Source of the DNA: Candidatus Latescibacterota bacterium
Lineage (GTDB): Bacteria > Latescibacterota > UBA2968 > GCA-2709665
Direction: 5' to 3'
NCBI GenBank assembly: GCA_965203805.1
Contig: OZ241917.1
Coordinates: 5,536,001-5,600,000 of the forward strand
Length of the DNA: 64,000 nucleotides
Shown here in pieces: positions 49,699 through 59,235 of the stretch. The position numbers were made by a program, and so were the translations under genes. Within the stretch, counting starts at the first letter, position 1; each line of letters starts with the position of its first letter. The notes under the pieces are model-generated. The model was not told the DNA's origin. It worked only from the letters and a program-made list of their open reading frames with translations, and did no database searches.

Positions 49699-50483
49699 GT
49701 GCGCCGTGAAAAGGCGCGGAACTCCAGTGGGTGAGAGTCCCACCCGACAAATGTTGCTGCGGTCGGTAGCAACCGGAGCGGGGGTGAAGGTAACGACATC
49801 TCCGAAGCCTCCGGTGTAAAGGGTCGCAAGGCGACTCGGCGAGTATGCGGGCCGAAACGTGCAGTGAACGCTGAGCAGGCCTCGAAAAAGGTAATGCGGG
49901 AGCCGACCCGCCCATGGATCGGGGAAGGCCGCCGTCGTTGGAAAAAGAGAGCAACGCGCGCATCCAACGGTCCCGCCTGCCTGTCCGAGGGACGCAGGCA
50001 GGCCGGGGTAATGGCGAAGGCACGTATACAAGGAGATCCGACGCAACACGGGAAGCCCCAGCGGTGGTGTATAGACACCAACCGGACGCCCGTGAGGGAC
50101 AGGCCGGGCCGTATGGGGTGGCGGACAGGCTCGTAGTACCCGTGAAGCCGGGTAATGCCGGTGGAGGGAAGGGGCCTGACTTCGGATGTGCTTGTGAAGG
50201 GGACAACGGTCGGGAGAGTGGCGCAAGCCTATTACCTCCTCTAAAAGTAGATGAGGCGACTCCAGAGCAAGCTTGGGCTTCAGGTGAAGCTGTCCGGGCA
50301 GTGCGGGCAGCGTGTGCCTGAAGGCGACGTCCGTCGGAGAGCCGGATGCGGGAAAACCGCACGTCCGGTTCGATGAGCGGGATGTGGAAACGGAGCACGG
50401 AGCGGCTATTGAGGCACCGCCAGACGAAAGGGGCGGAAACAGATAGGCCACTCCTAAACCACCGCGCCACATCTCGACTCTAC
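49699..50483 (+). mobile_element. ORF-less (IEP-deleted) group II intron, 785 nt
   Basis: 5' GTGCG; domain V GAGCCGGATGCGGGAAAACCGCACGTCCGGTTC; domain VI ending CTCGACTCTAC; EBS1 loop CATGGAT; no RT ORF. Confidence 0.92.
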
Positions 50484-50561
50484 TTCGATGACTTTCGCAG
50501 TCATTCGGCCACAGTCATCAACTGCAATAACAACGGACGGATAGGATAAGCAGGAGGCAAC

Positions 50562-51326
50562 TTGGAACGCGAAGATATCTTTGACAATGTTCAGTCCATT
50601 GTTGAGAAAAAGGACCTTTACGCCGCGAGCGAGTTCGTGTTTGGTCTCTGGGACGAGACCGACGTCGTGAAGACTTTTGAAGACCTCCTGCTGGACTGCT
50701 ACTGGAAGGCCAAATCCATCGAGCAGGTGATCCACTTTGCCAACGCTGGCATCCACTATTGTCTCGCCAGGGCGTGGTCTTCAGGCGACCTGGGCGACGA
50801 CCTCTACGACGAAATCTACGACGATCCCGAGAGGGAGCTTCTGTTCGCCGCCAAGCGGATGGCCACGAATGCCGCATCCTTCACCTGGATCGGCTGGAAC
50901 GAACCGGACATTGAGATTACGCGCGAGCAGAGGCGGCGCGGAATCGCGTTCGCGCGGTACAGCGTCAGGCAACTGCGTGAACTGGACCCGACTGGCGCGC
51001 AGCTTGCCTATACGTACTGGTATCTCGCCGCGCACCTGATGGCGAATGAATCCTATGCCGATGCGCTGTCGGTGTTCGGGGAGGCTCGTGATCACAGCGC
51101 CTCCGCAGGCGGAGATCCCGATCAACCGGCGATGTTCGACGGATACATCGGGCTGACGAAGATCCTTTCCGGCGACAACGAAACCGGCGAATCGGAATTC
51201 GATTCGGCGGTTGCCGCCCTCGAATCCCGCGATAGCGAAGACGCCGCCTTCTACGCGAAACAACTCGTCGACGTCAGGACATTTTTTGAACGGCGGTTGG
51301 CATCAGACGCTGGAGACGGGCGTTGA
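50562..51326 (+). CDS. Hypothetical helical (TPR-like) protein
   Basis: AGGAGG RBS before TTG; acidic helical sequence with coding-like codon usage. Confidence 0.75.
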   Translation: MEREDIFDNVQSIVEKKDLYAASEFVFGLWDETDVVKTFEDLLLDCYWKAKSIEQVIHFANAGIHYCLARAWSSGDLGDDLYDEIYDDPERELLFAAKRMATNAASFTWIGWNEPDIEITREQRRRGIAFARYSVRQLRELDPTGAQLAYTYWYLAAHLMANESYADALSVFGEARDHSASAGGDPDQPAMFDGYIGLTKILSGDNETGESEFDSAVAALESRDSEDAAFYAKQLVDVRTFFERRLASDAGDGR

Positions 51327-51360
51327 CGGCCACCTTACCGCTTCCGAATTCCAATAACGC

Positions 51361-51426
51361 AATCCTCACGCGGAGACACAAAGACACAAAGAAAAACGAA
51401 AACAGATACTGTCGCATTTTGCGACA
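51361..51426 (+). repeat. AATCCTCAC repeat, copy 1, with TGTCGCA-TTT-TGCGACA hairpin
   Basis: Aligns with 55138-55205 and partly with 53507-53523. Confidence 0.75.
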
Positions 51427-51461
51427 ACAGTGCGTCTCCTTCATACGAGGTACGTAACGAG

Positions 51462-53462
51462 ATGGCTTCACGAAGCAAAAAGACAAATCCTGCAAAGCCC
51501 GTTGATCCTTTTTCGGAACTGACATGGGACGATCTGGAGGAATGGGCCGGCAGTCGCATCGTCGCCCGGGGCCGGTCCTATCAGAGAAAAGGGTCCGTAC
51601 GGGAATTGCAACGCGACGACGAAGGCGCCTTGGTCGCCTGGGTGGCGGGCAGTCGCCGCTACGCTACACGGGTGAGCATCGAGGGAAGCAAGGACCTGAT
51701 ATCCGAATGTACCTGTCCCTACTGGACGACGTGCAAACACGCGGTGGCGGTCGTGGTGGAATACCTGGAGACGGCAAAGACGGGAAACACGGTCGGCCGG
51801 ATTGAGGCAGACGACCCGCGCGTTGAGGCGTTGGACGCAGATTTGGAAATCTTCACCGATGCGGAAGAATTCGACGCGTTGCAACTGGATGAGGAGTACG
51901 TCGAGACACTTTCCGAGAGCGTCGGGAGCGGGCAATCCCGGGATGCTTCCTTGCGCGCCTACCTGCAAGAGCATACCACCGCCGAGCTTGTAGCGTTGCT
52001 GCTGGAACTTGCCGAAACCCACGACGAAGTGCGCCAATCGCTCGAAGACCGCCGCAGTCTGACCTCGGGGCAGACCCGCAAAGTCCTGCAGAGAATCCGC
52101 TCCGAAATCGCGGCCCTGGAAGAACCCGCCTGGGACCACCATCACTACGGGACCCAGGCGGTCAATACGGAGCGCCTCAAGGCGATGCTCCAGGCGCTGG
52201 TGGCGTCCGGACAGGTAGACGCTGCCGTGTGTCTGGGACCGGAACTGCTTGCCGCCGGAACTCAGGCGCTGGAATACGAGCACGAGGGGGAGTCGAGCGC
52301 ATCGATCGGCGCCTGCCTCGACGTTCTTTTCAGGGCGCTGGACAGGAGTTCCATGTCTCCCGCGGACCGGATTGAATGGGTCCTGGATATGGCCCTGGCG
52401 GACGAGTACGAACTTTGCAGCGAAGCATTTGAAAATCTCTGGGACAAAGACTATGCGAAGAGCGATTGGTCGGAGGTGTGCGACCGCCTGGCCCAGCGTC
52501 TCGAGGCCCGTGAGCAAACGCCCGTAGTCGACGGACGTTCGACTGACTACAAACGACGCCTGATCGTCGACTGGCTCATCAGTGCCATGGAAAAGGCTGG
52601 AAGGGAGGAGGAGATCCTGCCTCTGTGCAAGCGCGAAGCCCCCATCACCCTCACCTACAATCGCCTGGTGGATCGCCTGATGGCCGAAGGCGCGTGGGAC
52701 GAGGCGCGGCGCTGGTGCCGGCAGGGGCTCGAGGCGATTCAGGACAGGTATCCAGGACTGCAAGCGCAGCTTCGAGAGCGACTGCGGACAATCAACCAAC
52801 ACAGCGGCAATCCGCTTGCCGGGCTGGCCATACAGGCGGAGGAATTTTTCGCCAGTCCCGACTCGGAGGGATTCCTGGCTCTCTGCAATGCCGCCCGCGG
52901 GCAGGGGGTTGGCGAGGGCGTCGAGGCGTGGGGACGGCACTATCTGCAGACCGGCCGGCGGCCTCGACGCGGCAGGAAGCGCAAGAGCGCCCCGGATATG
53001 GACTGGCCCCTTCCCGCTCCGGAAGTCGAAATGCCGGCGCCACGCGACAAGGTTGAGGCGCCGATGGTCGACGCGCTGATCCGGCTGGCCATTGCCGAGA
53101 AGAAGCCGAACGAGGTTGTGAAGTGGTACGACTATGAAAGCCGATCTGAAGCTCCATACTGGATGCACGATGACTCTCTGGACGACAACGTGGCCGAGGC
53201 CATCGCATCGACGCATCCCGACCGGGCGGTGGCAATCTGGAAGGACCTGGCGGAAGCGGAGATCGCCCGGGTAAAACCGGCGGGATACCGGGAGGCGGTT
53301 CCCTATCTGCGCAAGGTCAGAGATGTACTCACCCGATCAGGTCGCGAGGGGGAGTGGGAAGAGTACCTCGCCGCCTTGAGGCAGCAAAACAAGCGCAGGC
53401 CCCGATGCATCGAACAACTGTATCGACTCGAGGACGGCCGCCGGCGGATCATAGATGACTGA
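51462..53462 (+). CDS. SWIM zinc finger protein
   Basis: RGRSY, VAGSRRY and CTCPY...CKHAVA; helical C-terminus. Confidence 0.88.
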   Translation: MASRSKKTNPAKPVDPFSELTWDDLEEWAGSRIVARGRSYQRKGSVRELQRDDEGALVAWVAGSRRYATRVSIEGSKDLISECTCPYWTTCKHAVAVVVEYLETAKTGNTVGRIEADDPRVEALDADLEIFTDAEEFDALQLDEEYVETLSESVGSGQSRDASLRAYLQEHTTAELVALLLELAETHDEVRQSLEDRRSLTSGQTRKVLQRIRSEIAALEEPAWDHHHYGTQAVNTERLKAMLQALVASGQVDAAVCLGPELLAAGTQALEYEHEGESSASIGACLDVLFRALDRSSMSPADRIEWVLDMALADEYELCSEAFENLWDKDYAKSDWSEVCDRLAQRLEAREQTPVVDGRSTDYKRRLIVDWLISAMEKAGREEEILPLCKREAPITLTYNRLVDRLMAEGAWDEARRWCRQGLEAIQDRYPGLQAQLRERLRTINQHSGNPLAGLAIQAEEFFASPDSEGFLALCNAARGQGVGEGVEAWGRHYLQTGRRPRRGRKRKSAPDMDWPLPAPEVEMPAPRDKVEAPMVDALIRLAIAEKKPNEVVKWYDYESRSEAPYWMHDDSLDDNVAEAIASTHPDRAVAIWKDLAEAEIARVKPAGYREAVPYLRKVRDVLTRSGREGEWEEYLAALRQQNKRRPRCIEQLYRLEDGRRRIIDD

Positions 53463-53477
53463 GCCGGAGTATCAACC

Positions 53478-53523
53478 AGCGGTTACGTCCGGCTCTCACC
53501 AAACGGAATCCTCACACGGAGCC
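53478..53523 (+). repeat. AATCCTCAC repeat, copy 2 (truncated)
   Basis: AGCGGTTACGTCCGGCT...AATCCTCACACGGAGCC matches 55110-55154. Confidence 0.7.
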
Positions 53524-53533
53524 ATAAAACCCC

Positions 53534-55087
53534 ATGAACGTTGAAGACCGTCTGCTGCTGTCCGGCCGCAACCTTCTCGGCAGTCTGTCGCGCGACGACG
53601 GCTACCTGCCGTATTGGCACATGGCCGTCGACGGCAACATGGGCGCGATGTACCAGTTTCGGCCATACTGCACCGGCCACAACGTGGGACGCTGGTGGAA
53701 CACAATGCTGCGGCTTGAGCGCGCCGCCGGCTTCGAGATCCCGGAAGAGATTGAAGCTGCGATGCTGGAGAATAGCCAACGCCTGTCCGACAACGCCAGC
53801 GGCATCTTCCTCGAGGACGTCGACCCCCGGGACCCGGCGACCTGGTACATCCACTCCTACCGCGAGACCCTGCTGTCCTTCGGACTGCTTGTCGAATGCC
53901 GCGGCAGCGGCCGCGCCGCCGAGTGGGGCAACCGGGCGATCGAGGGGATGAGCCGCGCCAGCCGGGACCTGATGGAGTGGAGGTTCTCGTTCGACGGCGG
54001 ACCCGAGCGGGCAAAGCACGGCAGCAGCGCCGCGCCGGCCTACACCCACGGCCGCGCCATCGAGGGCCTGCTCTGTTTCCACGCGGCCACCCGCGATCCG
54101 GCCGCACTCGAGGAAGCGGAGCGCCTGGCCGATTTCCACTTCGAAACCCTGGTGAACGCGGACGGCAGCCTCGCCGGGGGCTGCGGCCACCACACCCACT
54201 CGTATCTGAACACCCTCCGCGGCCTGCTGATGCTGGCCGTGCTCCAGGGTTCGCTCGAACGCCAGGAGCAGATATACAAGACCTACCGGGAGGCCGTATC
54301 CGGGATGATCACCCGCTCGGGGTTCATCACCCACGACATCGGCGCCCGTTATGGCGGCGACATCGCCTCGGCAGGGGACATCGCCCACATCGCCCTGTTG
54401 CTGTGGGACCGGTTCGCCGACCCCGGACTGCTCGACGATGCCGAGCGCATCGCGCGGGCCCGGCTGTTCCCGGCGCAGGTGCGGGAACCGGTTCCGATCC
54501 GGCCGGCCGAAGCTGCCGACGCCCGGGACTGCTACCGCGACCTCGCCAATCGCTTCGTGGGCGCCATCGGCGGCTCTGTAGGCCACGTCCGCGGCCAGAC
54601 CTGCGTCACCGATTTCACCGCCGCTGCCCTGCACAGCCTTATCGAGCTCTGGATCCGGACCGTCGACGTCGAGGGAGAGTTCGTCCGCGTCAACTTCCAC
54701 TTCGATCGCGAGTTGCCGGAGGTGGGGGTGAAGGCGGAGCGCGACGAAAACCAGGGCCGGGTCACCGTGGTCAACCGAACCGGAAAGGAGCTGCGGCTGC
54801 GCTTCCCGGGCTGGGCCGATGAGGCGACCTGCTCGTTGACCGTAGACGGCCGGCCCGTCGAGGCAGCGATGGAGAACGGGTTCGTGGTGGTGGCGCAGGC
54901 CGAAGGGGCTACGACCAGCGAGATGCGCTTCGCTCTTCCCGAGTACGAGGAGGAGGAACTGTCGCGGGACGAGTCCGCCGAAGCGGAGACGGTGACCTTT
55001 CGGTGGCGCGGCGACGAGATCGTGGACGTCAGCAGCGGCGGTCCCTACCTGAAGCCGCATCCGAAATTGCGCCGGTCGATGCTGTAA
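53534..55087 (+). CDS. GH127-like (alpha/alpha)6-barrel protein, putative glycosidase
   Basis: HTHSYLN, LDDAERI and LRLRFPGWA beta-sandwich motif; divergent. Confidence 0.55.
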   Translation: MNVEDRLLLSGRNLLGSLSRDDGYLPYWHMAVDGNMGAMYQFRPYCTGHNVGRWWNTMLRLERAAGFEIPEEIEAAMLENSQRLSDNASGIFLEDVDPRDPATWYIHSYRETLLSFGLLVECRGSGRAAEWGNRAIEGMSRASRDLMEWRFSFDGGPERAKHGSSAAPAYTHGRAIEGLLCFHAATRDPAALEEAERLADFHFETLVNADGSLAGGCGHHTHSYLNTLRGLLMLAVLQGSLERQEQIYKTYREAVSGMITRSGFITHDIGARYGGDIASAGDIAHIALLLWDRFADPGLLDDAERIARARLFPAQVREPVPIRPAEAADARDCYRDLANRFVGAIGGSVGHVRGQTCVTDFTAAALHSLIELWIRTVDVEGEFVRVNFHFDRELPEVGVKAERDENQGRVTVVNRTGKELRLRFPGWADEATCSLTVDGRPVEAAMENGFVVVAQAEGATTSEMRFALPEYEEEELSRDESAEAETVTFRWRGDEIVDVSSGGPYLKPHPKLRRSML

Positions 55088-55109
55088 TGGGGTTGCCGGG
55101 ACCTGGCGT

Positions 55110-55205
55110 AGCGGTTACGTCGGGCTTCCGCCAACACAATCCTCACACGAAGCCGCAAATGCACAGAGGAAAAACCGAAAGCCGATACTGTCGCATTTTG
55201 CGACA
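55110..55205 (+). repeat. AATCCTCAC repeat, copy 3, with the hairpin
   Basis: Contains both the AGCGGTTACGTC head and the GATACTGTCGCATTTTGCGACA tail. Confidence 0.75.
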
Positions 55206-55246
55206 CTTTCCAAATGCCGATTACCGTGGCGGTCGTCGAGATTTAT

Positions 55247-55271
55247 GTAGGGGCGGTTCGCGAACCGCCCC
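55247..55271 (+). repeat. GTAG-type REP palindrome
   Basis: GTAGGGGCGGTTCGCGAACCGCCCC. Confidence 0.7.
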
Positions 55272-55444
55272 GTGGTGGCGTTGTGGATGCGGCGGTGGGA
55301 CGAGGCCCGTGCCTGTATTGACGCCGCTCGTCGGGTTGGATGGAATATCAAAAGAACGGAATTTCGGACATTGAAGTTGCTTGGGGGAAATACAAGGGGC
55401 GTGATTACGGTGGGTGAAAAGCCGAGGGGATAAGCCGCAGGGGA

Positions 55445-55678
55445 TTACCGGGCGTCTAATCTGGCTTCGTTCTTGGCAATACGCTCGCCGAAAGAGTCCA
55501 GGCGTTTGTCGATTTCGATCAATTGCGCTGAGATTTTATCGAAACGATCATTCATTCTCTCTTCAAGGCTGCTATTAAGTGACCATACAATGCCCCACAC
55601 TGCGGTTAGCAGTGTTACCAGGAAGATTGCCATTCTCAAATTTTCGCCACTGAAAAATTTGCTGCTGGAAGTGTCCAT
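55445..55678 (-). CDS. Small TM plus coiled-coil protein
   Basis: 77 aa; AAGGTG RBS; upstream TTGACA-N18-TAATCT. Confidence 0.65.
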   Translation of the reverse strand: MDTSSSKFFSGENLRMAIFLVTLLTAVWGIVWSLNSSLEERMNDRFDKISAQLIEIDKRLDSFGERIAKNEARLDAR

Positions 55679-55876
55679 AGCGCACCTTCACAGTTTTACT
55701 CCAAGCTTGCTTCTCTCGGAAAGATTACGCTAAAGAATCACATCTTGTCAAGCCGAAAATTAAAAACATCCTTCAACTTTCCTATCCCTTTCTTTAGCTT
55801 TTACTATCTCTTTTTTGACTGCAAGTTCTGGCCGCCTGCGCGTGGCGGCATTGAATTCAGCAAGTGAGGTTTTTCC

Positions 55877-56032
55877 GTGGCCCATACCAGTGAAGTCGCC
55901 TTTAATTTTGCGTTGTCGGACATATTGCGGACGAAACATCCCTGCTGGCGGGACAGGATCAGTGCGGAACAAAAGAACATCGTGTATGACAAAGCTTGGC
56001 AACCGGACGTGGTAATTCGACCGCCCGGCGGA
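55877..56032 (+). pseudogene. Truncated 5' paralogue of the RM-like gene at 63362
   Basis: MAHTSEVAFNF..ILRTKHPCWRDRISAEQ..QPDVVIRPPGG aligns with MPQTSEIAFNF..VLRSKHPRWRDRTSAEQ..QPDVVIRPPGG, then diverges. Confidence 0.8.
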
Positions 56033-56409
56033 CGCGCCACTGTTGCGAAATGCAACGCTTCTTTGGCATCGGCGTGGATGATGATGGCAGCGGTATTATG
56101 GAACGGCAAAGCCGGTTAGGAATTCGACAAGTCGATCTCTACACTCAAGATCCGGCACGGCGAGGGCGCGGAGTTTTCTGTGAAGTAGCACGTAGACTTC
56201 CTGTCATTGTTCCAGAGTCGAGGAGAGGATAGCGAGAGGCGAAAGGAGGGAATCAACAATGCCACTCGACTTATCCATTACTTACGAAGATAGGTTTTTC
56301 CTGGGGCGGTTCGCGCACCGACCACAGGATCCCGAGCGTTCAACACCGTTTTGAAAGAACAAGACCTTTGAGTTCTGAATGACAATGCCATCGGCCAAGT
56401 CCTTAACTA

Positions 56410-57567
56410 CTACTTAATTGGTTAAATTAGAGTAGTTTTCTTCAAGGGCTTTGGGTCGGACTTTTGTGGCTTTCCACTGGAAGGGATGTGCGTTCTCGTT
56501 GTAGGCGTCAATGAAGTGATTGATGGCGGTCCGCAAGTCTCGAATCGAGGTGAAGGAGCCGCCTTTGAGCGCGCTTCTCCACAGGATGCTGAACCAGATT
56601 TCGATCTGGTTGAGCCAGGATGCGTGGGTGGGGGTGTAGTAGAAGTGGACATTGGGATGGCGCGGCAGCCAGCGGTCATTCTTGGGCTTGTGGGTGTTCA
56701 GGTTGTCGAGGATGATGTGGAGTTCCTGATCGGGGTATTCGGCGACAAGTTCGTTCATAAAGCTCAGAAACTGGCGTCGTTTGCGCCTTTTGTAATGCCC
56801 GGCCTTGACGAGGCCGGTGGCGACGTTCAATGCAGCGAATAACGTGGTGGTGCCGTTTCTCTTGTATTCGTGGTTAAAGCCGGTTACGGCCTTGCCGTTG
56901 GGCAGCTTGAGCCATCCCTGTACCCTTTCCAACGCCTGAATCGCGGGCTTTTCGTCGACGCACAAGACAATCGCATTTTTGGGAGGTTCCAGATACAACC
57001 CCACGATGGCTGCGGCCTTGGTGGCAAATTCCGGATCGGTGCTGATACACCAGCTGCGCCTTCTGGCCAGCGAAATGCCGTGGTTGCGCAAGACCTGCCA
57101 GACATAGTGGACAGAAATTCCCAGCTTGTCGGCCAACAACGGACCGGTCCAGTTTCCATAGCCCTTGGGCGGGGCATCGTCCAAGGCCTCCAAAATGCGC
57201 TTTTCGCTTGACTGGTCGTACTTGGCAGGCTTGCCCGATCTCGCCTTGTCCTGCAACCCGGAAAGACCCGACTCGTGAAAGCGCCGGCGCCACTTGCACA
57301 CCGTGGCCTCGCGCGTTCCCAGATCCCTGGCGATGTCCCGGTTCGCATCGCCCTGGGACGCTGAAAGAACAATCCGGGCGCGCAGCACATAACGGTGTTG
57401 CGTCTTGCCTGAACGTGTCCAACTCAACAGCGTCTCTTTTTCCTCGTCACGCAACGTGATCAACACGGCGGGGCGGCTCATAGGCGGTCTCCTCTCCACA
57501 GTTGAACTGAGATCGATTCCCTATGAGCACAAGATATATTATTTCGCTTTTTTTGTCAAGTAAGTAC
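56410..57567 (-). mobile_element. IS630 family insertion sequence
   Basis: TA flanks at 56408-09 and 57568-69. Imperfect TIRs CTACTTAATTG / GTACTTACTTG. Internal promoter TTGACA-N17-TATCTT. Confidence 0.85.
56414..57481 (-). CDS. IS630 family DDE transposase
   Basis: HTH domain, VDEK, EYKRNGT, ILDNLNTHK and TPTHASWLNQIE.WF. Confidence 0.95.
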   Translation of the reverse strand: MSRPAVLITLRDEEKETLLSWTRSGKTQHRYVLRARIVLSASQGDANRDIARDLGTREATVCKWRRRFHESGLSGLQDKARSGKPAKYDQSSEKRILEALDDAPPKGYGNWTGPLLADKLGISVHYVWQVLRNHGISLARRRSWCISTDPEFATKAAAIVGLYLEPPKNAIVLCVDEKPAIQALERVQGWLKLPNGKAVTGFNHEYKRNGTTTLFAALNVATGLVKAGHYKRRKRRQFLSFMNELVAEYPDQELHIILDNLNTHKPKNDRWLPRHPNVHFYYTPTHASWLNQIEIWFSILWRSALKGGSFTSIRDLRTAINHFIDAYNENAHPFQWKATKVRPKALEENYSNLTN

Positions 57568-57612
57568 TACTCATGTTTTCATTCCAATTCTAAGGAAAGG
57601 AAGGCAGTCAAT

Positions 57613-59019
57613 ATGGGTGCTCTCGACGACATATTAAAGGATGCACAACGCGCACGGCTCATCCCGGTCGTTGCAGATTCCAAAAAGGAAGAACGAATTG
57701 TATCCATCCTGCTCGCGACATTGCGTGTGGTGGGTCCGTTTGCGGAGCAATTTCTGGATCAATTCGGGGTTAGGGTCGGAAAAACATCAGACTTGTACAC
57801 CCACACCGAGGTAAATTTCGAGGCTTCTGATGGGAGCGGCCCGGACCGACCAGACGGAGTCTTAAGCCTCGTCGGGCGCAGATCGAAGTGGACAGCGCTA
57901 CTTGAAGCCAAAATCGACAATTTTGAAATATCCGAAAACCAAGTACAACGATATGCCGATATAGCGCGCAGTTACGAGATTGATGCTGTAATCACGTTGT
58001 CAAATCAACTGGCGCCTTCGCCAACACATGTTCCGTATTCGCTCCCAAAGAGGCGAAGTAAACGTGTTGAGTTTTTTCACGTTTCCTGGAGAAGCATTCT
58101 CACGCAAGCATTGCTGATTCTGAGAGATAAAGAACAATGGATAAAATGTAAAAAGATGACTCACGAACAGGCTTTCATTCTGGAAGAGATGACACGCTAC
58201 TTCAGACATCCAAGTACCGGCATTAGAGGTTTCGTTCAGATGAATCCGGAATGGGGGTCGCTCGTTCGAGGAGTCCGTAATCAGCAGCAGTTCAAACGAT
58301 CTTCGTTCGAGATCGAAAATACCGTCGGCGCGTGGCATCAGGAGGAACGCGATTTGTGTCTGATATTAAGCCGTCGCATTGGCAAGCGGGTGGAGATTCG
58401 CATTGCACCTAGGCATCGGGCGAATGCCGGAAAGCGCCTCCAAGATGCGTGCAATTCATTGATTGAATCGCAAGAATTGCGCTGTTGCTTCGGCATACCG
58501 AATGCCGTCAGCGATGTCGAAGTAACGGCTAGCCTACAACGCCGAATGGTCTCCTGTTCAATGAAGCTAAATGCTCCAGGTGACAGAAAACGATCCAGCG
58601 CCAGAGTAAACTGGCTTGTTCGGCAGTTGCGGGATGTTGAGAGCGACGATGTCGATGTACGCGCGTTCTGGCCCAGGGGAGGGGGACGAACCCAAGAATC
58701 TCTATCTAGGGTTAGGACAGATCCCAAGTGTCTTGACATCAATCGACCAGGTGCTGCGCCGACAAGCTTTGAAGTAATCATGAATAGAGAACTTGCTGGC
58801 CGGTTTTCGGGACGACGGACATTCATAGAGGATTTGGAAAAATTGGTACCGGATTTTTACGACCAAATTGGCCAGAAATTGCGCCGTTGGGTTCAGCCAC
58901 CTCCATCGATTGATAAACAAGACTCAATTGAGACGCCCGACAATGTCGAGTCAACCAACGAGCCCAATCAGGACGATATCTCGCAGTCTGAGGCGGATCG
59001 CCCCCAAATTACGCAATAG
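57613..59019 (+). CDS. Putative PD-(D/E)XK nuclease-domain protein
   Basis: TEV..DRPDGVL...WTALLEAKI..Q..RY...DAVITLSN; lower GC by eye. Confidence 0.65.
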   Translation: MGALDDILKDAQRARLIPVVADSKKEERIVSILLATLRVVGPFAEQFLDQFGVRVGKTSDLYTHTEVNFEASDGSGPDRPDGVLSLVGRRSKWTALLEAKIDNFEISENQVQRYADIARSYEIDAVITLSNQLAPSPTHVPYSLPKRRSKRVEFFHVSWRSILTQALLILRDKEQWIKCKKMTHEQAFILEEMTRYFRHPSTGIRGFVQMNPEWGSLVRGVRNQQQFKRSSFEIENTVGAWHQEERDLCLILSRRIGKRVEIRIAPRHRANAGKRLQDACNSLIESQELRCCFGIPNAVSDVEVTASLQRRMVSCSMKLNAPGDRKRSSARVNWLVRQLRDVESDDVDVRAFWPRGGGRTQESLSRVRTDPKCLDINRPGAAPTSFEVIMNRELAGRFSGRRTFIEDLEKLVPDFYDQIGQKLRRWVQPPPSIDKQDSIETPDNVESTNEPNQDDISQSEADRPQITQ

Positions 59020-59235
59020 TTGAGTAACAGAATCTTGGAATTTCCGATCGTGCGTCTGGCAACTGCCTGAACTAGATCCGACCGTCGATCAATTGGCGAT
59101 GCTCTAAGCATACATGGGTTTCTTCAAGCGGTGTACCTGCGGAGGTCTTTGAGGGAATTCCCGAAGAGTTGCGATTGATAAGTTACCCAGAAATTCCGTC
59201 ACAATTGGTTAAGTAGATTTGGAGTAATCAGAAAG

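Noticed and set aside
49511-50472. Long minus-strand ORFs (319 and 263 aa) over the intron
   Set aside because: Antisense readings of structured intron RNA with no RT or other motifs.
50484-55700. Integron cassette array
   Set aside because: No RYYYAAC...GTTRRRY attC pairs and no integrase; kept only as a repeat-delimited array.
56259-56354. 31-aa ORF with a strong AAAGGAGG RBS and a REP-like degenerate palindrome
   Set aside because: No recognisable motif; probably a decayed gene remnant next to the IS630 insertion.
57523-57612. Upstream ATG start of the nuclease-like ORF
   Set aside because: It lies inside the IS630 end; ATG 57613, with an upstream purine-rich RBS, is more plausible.
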